A stretch of 64,000 nucleotides of DNA, taken from contig JADFRG010000012.1 in NCBI GenBank assembly GCA_022561385.1, positions 1,071 to 65,070 of the forward strand, read 5' to 3'. Every line of letters starts with the position of its first letter. Position 1 is the stretch's first letter. Below, one piece after another: positions 29,399-37,913 of this stretch. The position numbers were made by a program, and so were the translations under genes. The DNA comes from Chloroflexota bacterium (GTDB taxonomy: Bacteria; Chloroflexota; Anaerolineae; Anaerolineales; E44-bin32). The notes beneath the pieces were generated by a model, which had not been told where the DNA came from, made no database searches, and worked only from the letters and a program-made list of their open reading frames with translations.

Positions 29399-30553
29399 AT
29401 GACCCACGCCGAAATCCTCACCATCGGAACCGAATTGCTCCTGGGCGAGATCGTTGATACGAATACCCGCATGATCGCCATTGCGCTGCGAAAGAACGGG
29501 TACGACCTGTTCCGAACCGGCACGGTGGGTGACAATCCGGAGCGCATCGCGGCCTCCGTTTCCGACGCGCTCGAGCGATCGGAGATCCTGATCACCGCCG
29601 GCGGGCTTGGGCCCACGGTAGACGATGTGAGCCGAGAGGGGGTGGCCCTTGGGCTGAATCTCGAGCTCGAGTTCCGCGAGGACCTCTGGGAGCAAATCGT
29701 GGAGCGTTTCAAGGCCTTCGGCCGCGAGCCAACCGAAAATAATCGGCGTCAGGCCACCGTGCCGGTGGGTTCCATCGGAATCGAAAATCCGGTCGGCACC
29801 GCCCCCGGGTTTATCGTCGAACTGGACGGTAAAGCGGTGATCGCCCTCCCGGGCGTCCCGGCTGAACTCGAATATCTGCTGCAGCATGAGGTTCTCCCCT
29901 ACCTTCGCACCCGCCTCGAGACGCCCGCCGTTATCAAGTCTCGCACCGTACGAACAGCCGGCATCGGTGAATCGTGGTTGGACGAACGAATTCAAGATCT
30001 GGAGCGCATGACCAACCCGACGGTTGGCCTGGCCGCTCACCCCGGGAGAGTCGATATTCGTATCACGGCCAAGGCCGCTACTGAGTATGAGGCGGACGAA
30101 ATGCTCTGGGGGGTGGAGGCTACTTTGCAGCAGCGCCTGGGCAATGGCATCTACGGCACGGACGATGAGACCCTGGAATTTGCAGCCATGGCCCAGATTA
30201 GAAAGGCCGGATGGCGTCTGGCCAGCGTTGAATCGGGCACCGACGGGGCACTGGAGCGAGCGCTTTCAGAATTTGAAGAGGTCTTTGCCGGAGGTGAGAT
30301 ACTGCCCGATCGAATTGCCGTCGATGAGCTGGACCAAGCGCTGAAGCGAATTCAGGACGAGCTGGAGGCCGCCGCCGGCCTGAGCCTGCGCGTCGTAACA
30401 AGTGAGGAGAACGTTGAAATCCGCGCAAGATTCCACTCCCCGGACGGTGACTGGGAACTCGATCGGTCTTTCGGAGGTGCGGCGCCGAACGCCGCCCGCT
30501 TCGCCATCAGCCTAGCGTTAGACGCCGTCCGGCGCGGGATCGAAAATCCGTGA
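29399..30553 (+). CDS. cinA: CinA-like competence/damage-inducible protein (MoCF-binding domain plus diverged CinA C-domain)
   Basis: MTHAEILTIGTELLLGEIVDTN N-terminus. The C-domain motif is diverged (ASVESGTDGAL). Confidence 0.8.
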   Translation: MTHAEILTIGTELLLGEIVDTNTRMIAIALRKNGYDLFRTGTVGDNPERIAASVSDALERSEILITAGGLGPTVDDVSREGVALGLNLELEFREDLWEQIVERFKAFGREPTENNRRQATVPVGSIGIENPVGTAPGFIVELDGKAVIALPGVPAELEYLLQHEVLPYLRTRLETPAVIKSRTVRTAGIGESWLDERIQDLERMTNPTVGLAAHPGRVDIRITAKAATEYEADEMLWGVEATLQQRLGNGIYGTDDETLEFAAMAQIRKAGWRLASVESGTDGALERALSEFEEVFAGGEILPDRIAVDELDQALKRIQDELEAAAGLSLRVVTSEENVEIRARFHSPDGDWELDRSFGGAAPNAARFAISLALDAVRRGIENP

Positions 30554-30588
30554 GATATTGGCCTCTGAGGAACTTCCAAGGGGGTTGC

Positions 30589-30618
30589 TTGACAGTTGCG
30601 CTCCGGCATCCGTATAAT
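30589..30618 (+). promoter_or_regulatory. consensus sigma-70 promoter TTGACA-N18-TATAAT upstream of tRNA-Gly
   Basis: TTGACA 30589-30594 and TATAAT 30613-30618. The -10 is bracketed by the inverted repeat GCTCCGG/CCGGAGC. Confidence 0.65.
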
Positions 30619-30749
30619 CCGGAGCGAGTGAGGCCTCCAGATCAACAAGCGGCCTGGCCACAGTAATTTCTGCTGGCGCACCCAATTCACTGGCGAATTG
30701 TCTGCTCCCCAGGCAGGCGAGCGCGGGCTCAGAGAAGTATAAAAAGAGT

Positions 30750-30821
30750 GCGGGCATGGTGTTAGCGGTAGCACATTTGCTTCCCAAGCAAAAAGCACGG
30801 GTTCGATTCCCGTTGCCCGCT
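30750..30821 (+). tRNA. tRNA-Gly (anticodon CCC)
   Basis: Hand-folded cloverleaf. Acceptor GCGGGCA/TGCCCGC, D stem GTGT/GCAC with a GG loop, anticodon stem TTTGC/GCAAA with loop TTCCCAA (CCC at 30783-30785), T arm ACGGG-TTCGATT-CCCGT, discriminator T. The 3' CCA is not encoded (CCT follows). Confidence 0.9.
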
Positions 30822-31005
30822 CCTAGAATTCCCACGTAATCCAGTCCGGCGCCCTGGTTTTTGAGTTCCGCCTGAAATCCAGCCACCCGCCGCCTTTCGC
30901 CGCCTTTTGGAAGATGGAGACAGGCGCCCCTCAATAGTCCAATCAATCTCCGGCAGGCAAAACCTGTCAGACGGACCCACTTGAATCCCCATCCGGGAGG
31001 AAGTT

Positions 31006-31941
31006 ATGGATTATGGAGAAGTTCTCAAGAAATCCTGGGACATAACCTGGAAAAACAAAGGTTTATGGCTCCTGGGAATCCTCGCCGGCTGCAGTGCCAG
31101 CGGACGGGGCAATTTCGGAAATTCGACCAGCAGCTTTCGAGGCTACGACTTCAGCTCAGGGGGTCTGCCCGGCTTTCAGGGGGATGGCTTTCTAGACGAT
31201 ATTTGACCCATTCCAGAAGAAATTGTGGTCCCCATCATCCTGGGGTTCCTGTGCCTCGGCGTGATCCTGGCGCTGGTATTTTTCGCCCTGGGCGTCATCG
31301 GCCAGGGCGGGTTGATCGCCGGGTTTCGGCTAGCCGATGACGGGGCGAAGGTTGGATTTTCAGAGGCTTTTAGGGAAGGCATCCAGAGCTTCTGGAAACT
31401 TGTGGGAATACGTATCATTTTTTTCATAGCCGGTATTGCCTTTGTGGTGGCTTTATTACTGGGCACATTGCTAATCGGCGTGGTCACCCTCGGGATCGGA
31501 TTGATATTCCTGATTCCACTTTTATGCCTGCTGATTCCGGTGGCGCTTGCGGTGGACAGCTACATCATCCTGACCATGGTAGCCGCGGTCGAGGAAGATT
31601 TGGGAGTGTTCGACTCATTCCGTCGCGCGTGGGATACCTTTAAAGGCAACCTGGGGCCGGTGGTGGTGATGACCCTCATCTTGATCGCGGGAGTCGGCAT
31701 TCTGGGGATCGTCGCCGCGCTTCCATTTCTAGGAATTGCCTTGCCTGCCATCACCGGGTTCTTGGTGGGAACGGATCTGGCGGTAGTCTCCGGGGTCGCC
31801 GTCTCTCTCTTGTGTCTAATTTCCGCAATCCCGTTGCTGATCATCTTCTATGGCCTGTTGACGACCTATACGACGGGTGCCTGGACGCTCACCTATCGTC
31901 GACTGAACGGGACTATGGGAGGAGAACTGCCAGCCTCCTGA
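31006..31941 (+). pseudogene. polytopic membrane protein in one reading frame, interrupted by a single in-frame TGA (31204-31206): pseudogene, sequence error or recoding
   Basis: ORFs 31006-31206 and 31225-31941 share a frame. A strong SD (GGGAGG) precedes only ATG 31006. The downstream part starts on GTG with no SD. Confidence 0.55.
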
Positions 31942-31962
31942 CAAACCGGGCTCGGTCCGGCC

Positions 31963-33204
31963 TCAATTCGACCGAACGGCTAGCAACGTTACGTCGTCGT
32001 CTTGAGGAACGGTCCCCCGGAAGGCCTGCAGTGCCTTCCATACTTGCTGGCAGATCTCCTCTGCCCCTTTGATTTCGCCCGCTCCCATTGCCTCCATCAC
32101 CCGCGCCTCGCCGAAGGAGTCTCCATTGCTGCCCACAGCTTCCGTGATCCCATCCGTGTAAATGAGCATCGCGCTCCCCTGCGGCAGAGACAATGCGACC
32201 TCGTCGAGAGCCAGCTCTTCGTGAAACCCCAGGACTTGTCCGAGTTCTGCCTCGAGTTGCACCGCCGGCCGACCGGGATGGATCAGGAGTGGCGTCGGAT
32301 GGCCTGCACGCGCATATTGGAAGGATCGCGAGGAACTATCCAGGATCCCATAGATCACGGTTATGAACAGACCGGAATCGCTCGTCGCTAGGAGATGTCG
32401 ATTGACCGCCCGAAGCACCTCCGCGGGTGAATTGGATCGCACGGCCTCGGCCCGCAGCAAGGTTGCGGTCAGCGACATGAAAAGCGCAGCCGGCACACCG
32501 TGGCCAGATACATCGCCGACTGCGACCCCAAGCTTTCCGTTGCCGAGCTCGATAACGTCGTAAAAATCGCCACCCACCGCTTCCATTGACGAGAAGTGGA
32601 TACCGAATTCCCAGCTCGTATTACCCGGCAGCGCTCGCGGAAGGATGCTGAGTTGGATATCTCTGGCCACTTCTAGCTCACGCTCCAACCGCTCCTTTTC
32701 GACAATTTGCACCTGGGCGGCCTTGAGCTCGTCAAAGGCCTGCTGCAGCTGACGGTTTTTCTCCCTGAGATCACGGATGGTGTGATTCTCAGATTCTTCC
32801 AACCGTCGACTCAACGTCGCCATGAAGTGAAATGCCAGATCAGGCTGCTTGCGGAGCAGACGTTCCAGGTCATCTCGTTTCATCACCAGCAGCTTAAGGG
32901 GCGTTATGGCGCGAACGCTGGCCGTCCGTTGGTGACCCTTGCTGAAGAGGCTCATCTCTCCGATCGCCTCGCCCGAGTGACGCACTCCCAGCAATCGTTC
33001 GTCGGGAGTGCCCAAGGACTTGATGATTTCAACCTGCCCCTCGATAAGGATGTAGCACTTGTTTCCCAAGTCTCCCTCGCGAAACATGAGGCTTCCCTGC
33101 TCCATATCCATTGGGAGCAGTTCACTAGCCAATTCTCGCAGATCGGATTCGGACAGCGATTCGAAGAGTGGGACGCGCCGTAGGGCTTCTACGTGGATCA
33201 GCAT
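31963..33204 (-). CDS. cyclic-nucleotide-binding domain protein fused to a PP2C/SpoIIE-type phosphatase
   Basis: N-terminal cNMP-binding fold (LRRVPLFESLSESDLRELA...GEAIGEMSLF), then a coiled coil, then a SpoIIE-like domain (GGDFYDV...GDVSGHG...YTDGITE). Confidence 0.85.
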   Translation of the reverse strand: MLIHVEALRRVPLFESLSESDLRELASELLPMDMEQGSLMFREGDLGNKCYILIEGQVEIIKSLGTPDERLLGVRHSGEAIGEMSLFSKGHQRTASVRAITPLKLLVMKRDDLERLLRKQPDLAFHFMATLSRRLEESENHTIRDLREKNRQLQQAFDELKAAQVQIVEKERLERELEVARDIQLSILPRALPGNTSWEFGIHFSSMEAVGGDFYDVIELGNGKLGVAVGDVSGHGVPAALFMSLTATLLRAEAVRSNSPAEVLRAVNRHLLATSDSGLFITVIYGILDSSSRSFQYARAGHPTPLLIHPGRPAVQLEAELGQVLGFHEELALDEVALSLPQGSAMLIYTDGITEAVGSNGDSFGEARVMEAMGAGEIKGAEEICQQVWKALQAFRGTVPQDDDVTLLAVRSN

Positions 33205-33342
33205 GGCTTGCTCGAGAAAATCATGATCGCAGCTTGGCCATTATGGGAATCAAAATTACCGGCCAGATCCCGGCCCATAGTCTATTAAAAGGAGAGCTAA
33301 TCCCCCCGAAATTCGCGTGAATCCCAAAAGTTCTGCATTGGG

Positions 33343-34299
33343 TCAGCAGCTCCAGATAATCTTGACTGTTGCGTCGGTGGCGGTCAGTGTCTGGCCTGCA
33401 CTATCGCGCAGCGTGAGCGTATAAACGATCGTGAACATGCCTTCTCGACAGGGGTCAAGCATTTGCGGAATGTCCGTCTCCTTACCGGTTTGAGTTGTGA
33501 CTTTGTGCGTGGCGTAGGGATCGCTCTCGCCCTTATAGATCGCTGTCAAAGATCCAGAGAAGGGAGCGCAGCCGCCCAGAGATCCCCATGTCAGGTCGAC
33601 GACCTGCCCACTCTTCTTTGCGCTCAGCGTCCCATTCGTGAACTTGGGGCATGGGGTGTTTGTCGGGGTGGCGGTATAGGTGGAGGTTGGAGTCGACGAG
33701 GGCGATGGAGTGAAGGTGTTGGTGGGAGTCGGCGTGGGCGGGATCTGTCCCAGGGACAGGCCGGAAGGATCGAAATTGCAGCTGATGAATTGCCCGCTGG
33801 CGCTGACCCAACCGGTGGTCGACTCGCCTTGCAGCTTGACCTCGAGCCAGGATCCGTCGCCATTTCTTGCAAAGGGGAGCAGCACGGTCCCGTTGCTCAG
33901 CGTCTTGATCGGGGGATCGTACACCACTCCCGGACCGCTGCGAAGGTTGAGAAAATTGGAGACCACCAAACAATTGGCAATCTCGGTGGGCGTACCTGTG
34001 GGCACCGCGGCGGTATCCGTGGCCGTGGGAGAGAGCTCCGAGGGCACCGGAGTGTTGCTGGGCTGCGCGGCGGCGGTCAGCGCCCCTTCGACCATCATCG
34101 TAGAGGCGACCGCCGCCTCAATATCTTCAAGCGTGAGTGCGCTGGCTGTTGAGGTAGGGCCGGATTCCACCAGATCCGGCCGGTTGCAGGCCGCCGAAGC
34201 CAGCGGCACAACCATGATTAGGATGTAACGAAATCGAATTCCCCTGGGCATGCGTCTCATTCTAATCCGAGACTCGAAGCCCCGGCCGGCTAGTTTCAT
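33343..34299 (-). CDS. secreted/lipoprotein with a bacterial SH3 domain and PT-rich linkers
   Basis: Signal/lipobox-like VVPLASAAC. SH3b-like LNLRSGPGVVYDPPIKTLSNGTVLL...WLEV. The start is probably ATG 34260 or 34251. Confidence 0.7.
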   Translation of the reverse strand: MKLAGRGFESRIRMRRMPRGIRFRYILIMVVPLASAACNRPDLVESGPTSTASALTLEDIEAAVASTMMVEGALTAAAQPSNTPVPSELSPTATDTAAVPTGTPTEIANCLVVSNFLNLRSGPGVVYDPPIKTLSNGTVLLPFARNGDGSWLEVKLQGESTTGWVSASGQFISCNFDPSGLSLGQIPPTPTPTNTFTPSPSSTPTSTYTATPTNTPCPKFTNGTLSAKKSGQVVDLTWGSLGGCAPFSGSLTAIYKGESDPYATHKVTTQTGKETDIPQMLDPCREGMFTIVYTLTLRDSAGQTLTATDATVKIIWSC

Positions 34300-34326
34300 T
34301 TCGCCGGTTCAGGTGGGACGAAGGAA

Positions 34327-34646
34327 TTGCCGAAGGCGCGCCGGCGGGCACTGAGGATGGCCTCAGGGGGTTTGCCGAGGCGACGCAAGGGCATGCTGAT
34401 GGTGTCAAACGGTTCCTTGTGAAGGGTAGTGGGCTAGAGCTTAACAGGGCGCCGTGTGGGTGTGCTGAGGCGTGGTGAGGTTGGCGCTGGGGCGCGACTT
34501 AGCTGTAGCTGTAGCGTGCCGGAGGTTGCGACGGGGCGTGATTAAGCTGGCGCTAGGGCGCGATGAAGGTGGCCACGGAGGTCGCTGAAGGTGATGCCAA
34601 GGCGCAGTGAAAATGGCGCCGAGGGGCGTGAAGTCAGTGCCGAAGA
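34327..34646. repeat. degenerate 22-bp tandem array (about 14 units) with a 66-bp super-period
   Basis: Best units start at 34460, 34482, 34504, 34526, 34548, 34570, 34592 and 34614. Consensus TGGCGCnnGGGCGYGAnGAAGG. TGGCGC(T/C)(G/A)(G/A)GG recurs at 34482, 34548 and 34614. The track lists no ORF of 60 aa or more in this region. Confidence 0.8.
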
Positions 34647-34922
34647 TCAGAAAGGGGGAATGATTTCTTCAGGAATGCGGGAGAGTTCTTTATGAACCTC
34701 CGTGAGCCGTGTCGAGACTTCCACCAAAATCTTCTTGAGTTCAGGGTCCTGAACGGAGGTTTCCATCCCGGTCACGTATCCCCGAACGTCGTCGATCTCC
34801 AGCATGATCTTCCACCGCCGACTGGAGATATCGTCCCTCAATGAGTTTAGAAGTTCGACCTGAGCGTCTGAGAACTCCTGCCAGATTTCACGCCGAAGGC
34901 GGGATAATTCCTGTGACCCCAC
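34647..34922 (-). CDS. hypothetical 91-aa protein (predicted helical)
   Basis: GTG start. Coding-like composition. No recognisable family. Confidence 0.45.
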   Translation of the reverse strand: MGSQELSRLRREIWQEFSDAQVELLNSLRDDISSRRWKIMLEIDDVRGYVTGMETSVQDPELKKILVEVSTRLTEVHKELSRIPEEIIPPF

Positions 34923-35020
34923 TCGTCACCTCTCCTTACCCCCGGCAGTTATCCCCGGATTCATCCTAACATCGATCACAGTGCGCCCGAACCGGTCGTT
35001 GGTCCTAGACTGGCCGGTTG

Positions 35021-35095
35021 GTCACTGCGAGGAGCGTAGCGACGAAGCAGTCTCCAACACCTGGGAGGAGATTGCTTCGCTGCGCTCGCAATGAC
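35021..35095 (+). repeat. 75-bp bulged-hairpin repeat, copy B (forward)
   Basis: GTCACTGCGAGGAGCGTAGCGACGAAGCAGTCTCCAACACCTGGGAGGAGATTGCTTCGCTGCGCTCGCAATGAC. Ends 38 nt before the pyk ATG. Confidence 0.95.
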
Positions 35096-35117
35096 ATGGC
35101 AGGATCGATCACTATGC

Positions 35118-35123
35118 TATACT
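35118..35123 (+). promoter_or_regulatory. -10-like TATACT 10 nt upstream of pyk ATG
   Basis: TATACTgcgcgccctcATG with no SD. No clear -35. Confidence 0.3.
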
Positions 35124-35133
35124 GCGCGCCCTC

Positions 35134-36549
35134 ATGACGAGACGCGCCAAAATCGTGGCCACCATTGGACCTGCCAGCCAATCTCCGGCGCACATCCGAG
35201 GCCTAATTCTCGCCGGAATGGACGTGGCGCGGCTCAATTTCTCCCATGGAACACATGAGACCCATCGAGCGGCGATAAAAACACTGCGAACAATCGCAAA
35301 AGAGCTCGATCGGCCGCTCGGCATCCTGCAGGACCTGCAAGGCCCTCGCCTGCGGACCGGCCCACTCGAAGGCGGAGGTCCGGTGCTGCTCAGACCCGGA
35401 GCGACTCTGGAACTCCACGTGCGCCCCGTGCCAGGTGACGCTGAAAGCGTCCAGGTCAGTTATTCAGCACTGCCCCGGGATGTGAGGCCGGGAGACAAGA
35501 TCCTCGTGGATGGGGGAAAGATCGAGCTGGAGGTCGAGGAAACCGGGCCGGATCGAGTCCGCACCCGAGTCGTTCGGGGCGGGGAGCTAGGCGAAAACCG
35601 GGGGCTAAACCTGCCCGGCATATCGCTATCCGCCTCGCCTTTGACCGAGAAGGATCGCGGGGACCTGGCTCTCGGATTGGAGAGCGGCGTCGATTCGATC
35701 GCGCTCTCATTCGTGAACAGCGCCGAACAAGTGAATGAACTCCGGGAGGCCCTTGTAAGCGCGGGGGCTGCGGTCCCCATCATTGCCAAACTTGAGCGCC
35801 CGGAAGCGGTGGAAGATCTCGAAAACATTCTGGCCGCCGCGGATGGGGTCATGGTGGCGCGCGGTGACCTCGGCATAGAGCTCTCGGCGGAGCGAGTGCC
35901 GTCGATCCAGAAGCGGATCATTCAGCGCGCAAATGAGGCGAACAAGCTTGTTATCACCGCAACCGAGATGCTCGATTCAATGATCCGTAACCCCCGGCCC
36001 ACCCGCGCCGAGGCCTCTGATGTCGCCAACGCAGTATTCGACGGGAGCGACGCGCTGATGCTGTCGGGAGAAACCGCGGTTGGCGCCTACCCGCTTGAAT
36101 CGGTAGAGACCATGGTCCGCATCATCGTTGATGCCGAGGCCCACGCACACGAGTGGGGAGAACCCCTCAAACCAGCCAGGCCAGATCTTCGGGACGATGC
36201 GGTTGCAACCACCCGCGCGGCGCGAAAGCTGACAGAAGACAGGGCGGTTGCCGCGGTGGCCGTATTCACCCTCAGTGGCAAAACGGCGCAGCTCATGTCG
36301 AAGGCGCGACCTTCGGCCCGTATCGTGGCCTTCACGCCGGATTCGACGACCTACACACGCATGACGTTGTTATGGGGAGTAGAGCCCAGATCCTGTCCTC
36401 CGGTCTCGAGCGTTGAAGAGATGATCAAGATTGTGGATGACGATCTCAGAAGCACACTCATGGGGCGGCAGGTGGTCATCGTGGCCAGCCTGCCGGTCGG
36501 CCAGAAAGGACCCCCTAACTTCGTCTACCTGCGAACGGTCGGGGAGTGA
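35134..36549 (+). CDS. pyk: pyruvate kinase
   Basis: MTRRAKIVATIGPAS...MDVARLNFSHG, MVARGDLG, 471 aa. Confidence 0.95.
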   Translation: MTRRAKIVATIGPASQSPAHIRGLILAGMDVARLNFSHGTHETHRAAIKTLRTIAKELDRPLGILQDLQGPRLRTGPLEGGGPVLLRPGATLELHVRPVPGDAESVQVSYSALPRDVRPGDKILVDGGKIELEVEETGPDRVRTRVVRGGELGENRGLNLPGISLSASPLTEKDRGDLALGLESGVDSIALSFVNSAEQVNELREALVSAGAAVPIIAKLERPEAVEDLENILAAADGVMVARGDLGIELSAERVPSIQKRIIQRANEANKLVITATEMLDSMIRNPRPTRAEASDVANAVFDGSDALMLSGETAVGAYPLESVETMVRIIVDAEAHAHEWGEPLKPARPDLRDDAVATTRAARKLTEDRAVAAVAVFTLSGKTAQLMSKARPSARIVAFTPDSTTYTRMTLLWGVEPRSCPPVSSVEEMIKIVDDDLRSTLMGRQVVIVASLPVGQKGPPNFVYLRTVGE

Positions 36550-36635
36550 GCGGACAATCCCCCGTAGGGTTGCGGACATATCCTTGGGACGCTCGGTAAT
36601 GGCCGCGAACTCCGCTTCGCCGGACATAGGATCAT

Positions 36636-36710
36636 GTCATTGCGAGGAGCGCAGCGACAAAGCAATCCCCAATACTCGGGAGGAGATTGCTTCGCTACGC
36701 TCGCAATGAC
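36636..36710 (+). repeat. 75-bp bulged-hairpin repeat, copy C (forward)
   Basis: Starts 86 nt after the pyk stop. Lies between convergent pyk and the membrane protein gene (stop 36772). Confidence 0.95.
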
Positions 36711-36771
36711 GGATTCCGTTGGAGACTAAACGCGGACGTTTGAGCTCGTCTTTCAAGCGTCAGAGCAGGGT

Positions 36772-37857
36772 TTAAGCGCGAGCGGGGAGTGATCGGGAAG
36801 CGGCCCGACGGCCCAGGTAGATCCCTAGCAGTAACATGATTAATCCGAACCCAGCAATAAAAAATCCCAGAGCGAATAGCTGACCCGAAACAACGTCCAG
36901 CAGCCGATCGATTACGTTTTGCAAGACAGCAGCAAAAGGCCCCGGAAACGCGGTTTTTAAGGGCCCTGAATTGCGTGCTTGCTCGACCGTGGCTTCGACG
37001 ATCCCCAGCATAATAAACGTGCCAACGCCTGCCGCCAGGGCGGAGCCGCCCCACCATCGCAAGAGCTGAGGCCAGGAGCGAACGGCCACCGCCACAATGA
37101 GACCCAGCATGCTCAGCGGCAGCAGCCAACCGGCGCGGGAGAACGCACGCAGGGAACGCAAACTACGCTTGAAATCCATTAATTCCTGAGGGGTGGTGTC
37201 CAGGGGATTATTTTCCCCGATCTCGACCGTGGCAGGGAGAGTACTCACCTGGCGGAGAACCAGTTCCGTAGCCACCGCAATAACCGTCGTCCGAAGCGGT
37301 TCGGGTGGCTGGCAAAGGAAAGCCGGCAACTCTCCTCTCGGGACACCTTCGTGCAGCAGGATCTCTACCTGTTCCGGACCGCAGCTCGGCCAGGAGCCCA
37401 CAACCGCCGTAGCCAGGTCTTCTGCCCCGCCGGAAAGGAGACGGTCCTTGAGCGGCTGAATGTCCAGGAAAAAGTCGGGGACCAGATGGTCGTTGTCGAT
37501 CCAGGCGTACAAGGCCTCGATATTGGTGCGTACCTGGCTCTCCGCCCATTCCACGGGGAACAAGGCCGCAAGCATCTCGTCCAGACGCCGCCTCCCGAGA
37601 AAGTCAAGGATTCCAGCCGCAAGATCTTCGCCTCCACGAGGAACTCGCTCCAGCAAGACCTCCACCGCGATCTCCTGCAGCGCCCCGGAGCCGACCAGCT
37701 CCTCCGTAAAGATTTCCGTAATTTCCTGTGAGGAGAAAAGCACGCCTCCCCAAGCAAACGCCACCAGAGTCAGCGGCAGCGCGACAGCGAAGATCAAACC
37801 AAAAACACCTCCCGCTAGCCGGCTTAAAGTGCGTGCATGACCGCCGGATTCGGCCAT
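36772..37857 (-). CDS. hypothetical polytopic membrane protein
   Basis: 361 aa with TM helices at both ends. No family recognised. Confidence 0.6.
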   Translation of the reverse strand: MAESGGHARTLSRLAGGVFGLIFAVALPLTLVAFAWGGVLFSSQEITEIFTEELVGSGALQEIAVEVLLERVPRGGEDLAAGILDFLGRRRLDEMLAALFPVEWAESQVRTNIEALYAWIDNDHLVPDFFLDIQPLKDRLLSGGAEDLATAVVGSWPSCGPEQVEILLHEGVPRGELPAFLCQPPEPLRTTVIAVATELVLRQVSTLPATVEIGENNPLDTTPQELMDFKRSLRSLRAFSRAGWLLPLSMLGLIVAVAVRSWPQLLRWWGGSALAAGVGTFIMLGIVEATVEQARNSGPLKTAFPGPFAAVLQNVIDRLLDVVSGQLFALGFFIAGFGLIMLLLGIYLGRRAASRSLPARA

Positions 37858-37913
37858 TATCGAGAGTTCATCCTGAATCAGGCGGCGATTATACGTGGGG
37901 ATAGGCTTCGGAG

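Noticed and set aside
30750-31005. tRNA-Gly as a possible integration site for an island.
   Set aside because: There is no integrase and no direct repeat of the tRNA 3' end that I could see. The downstream genes have the same composition as the rest of the window.
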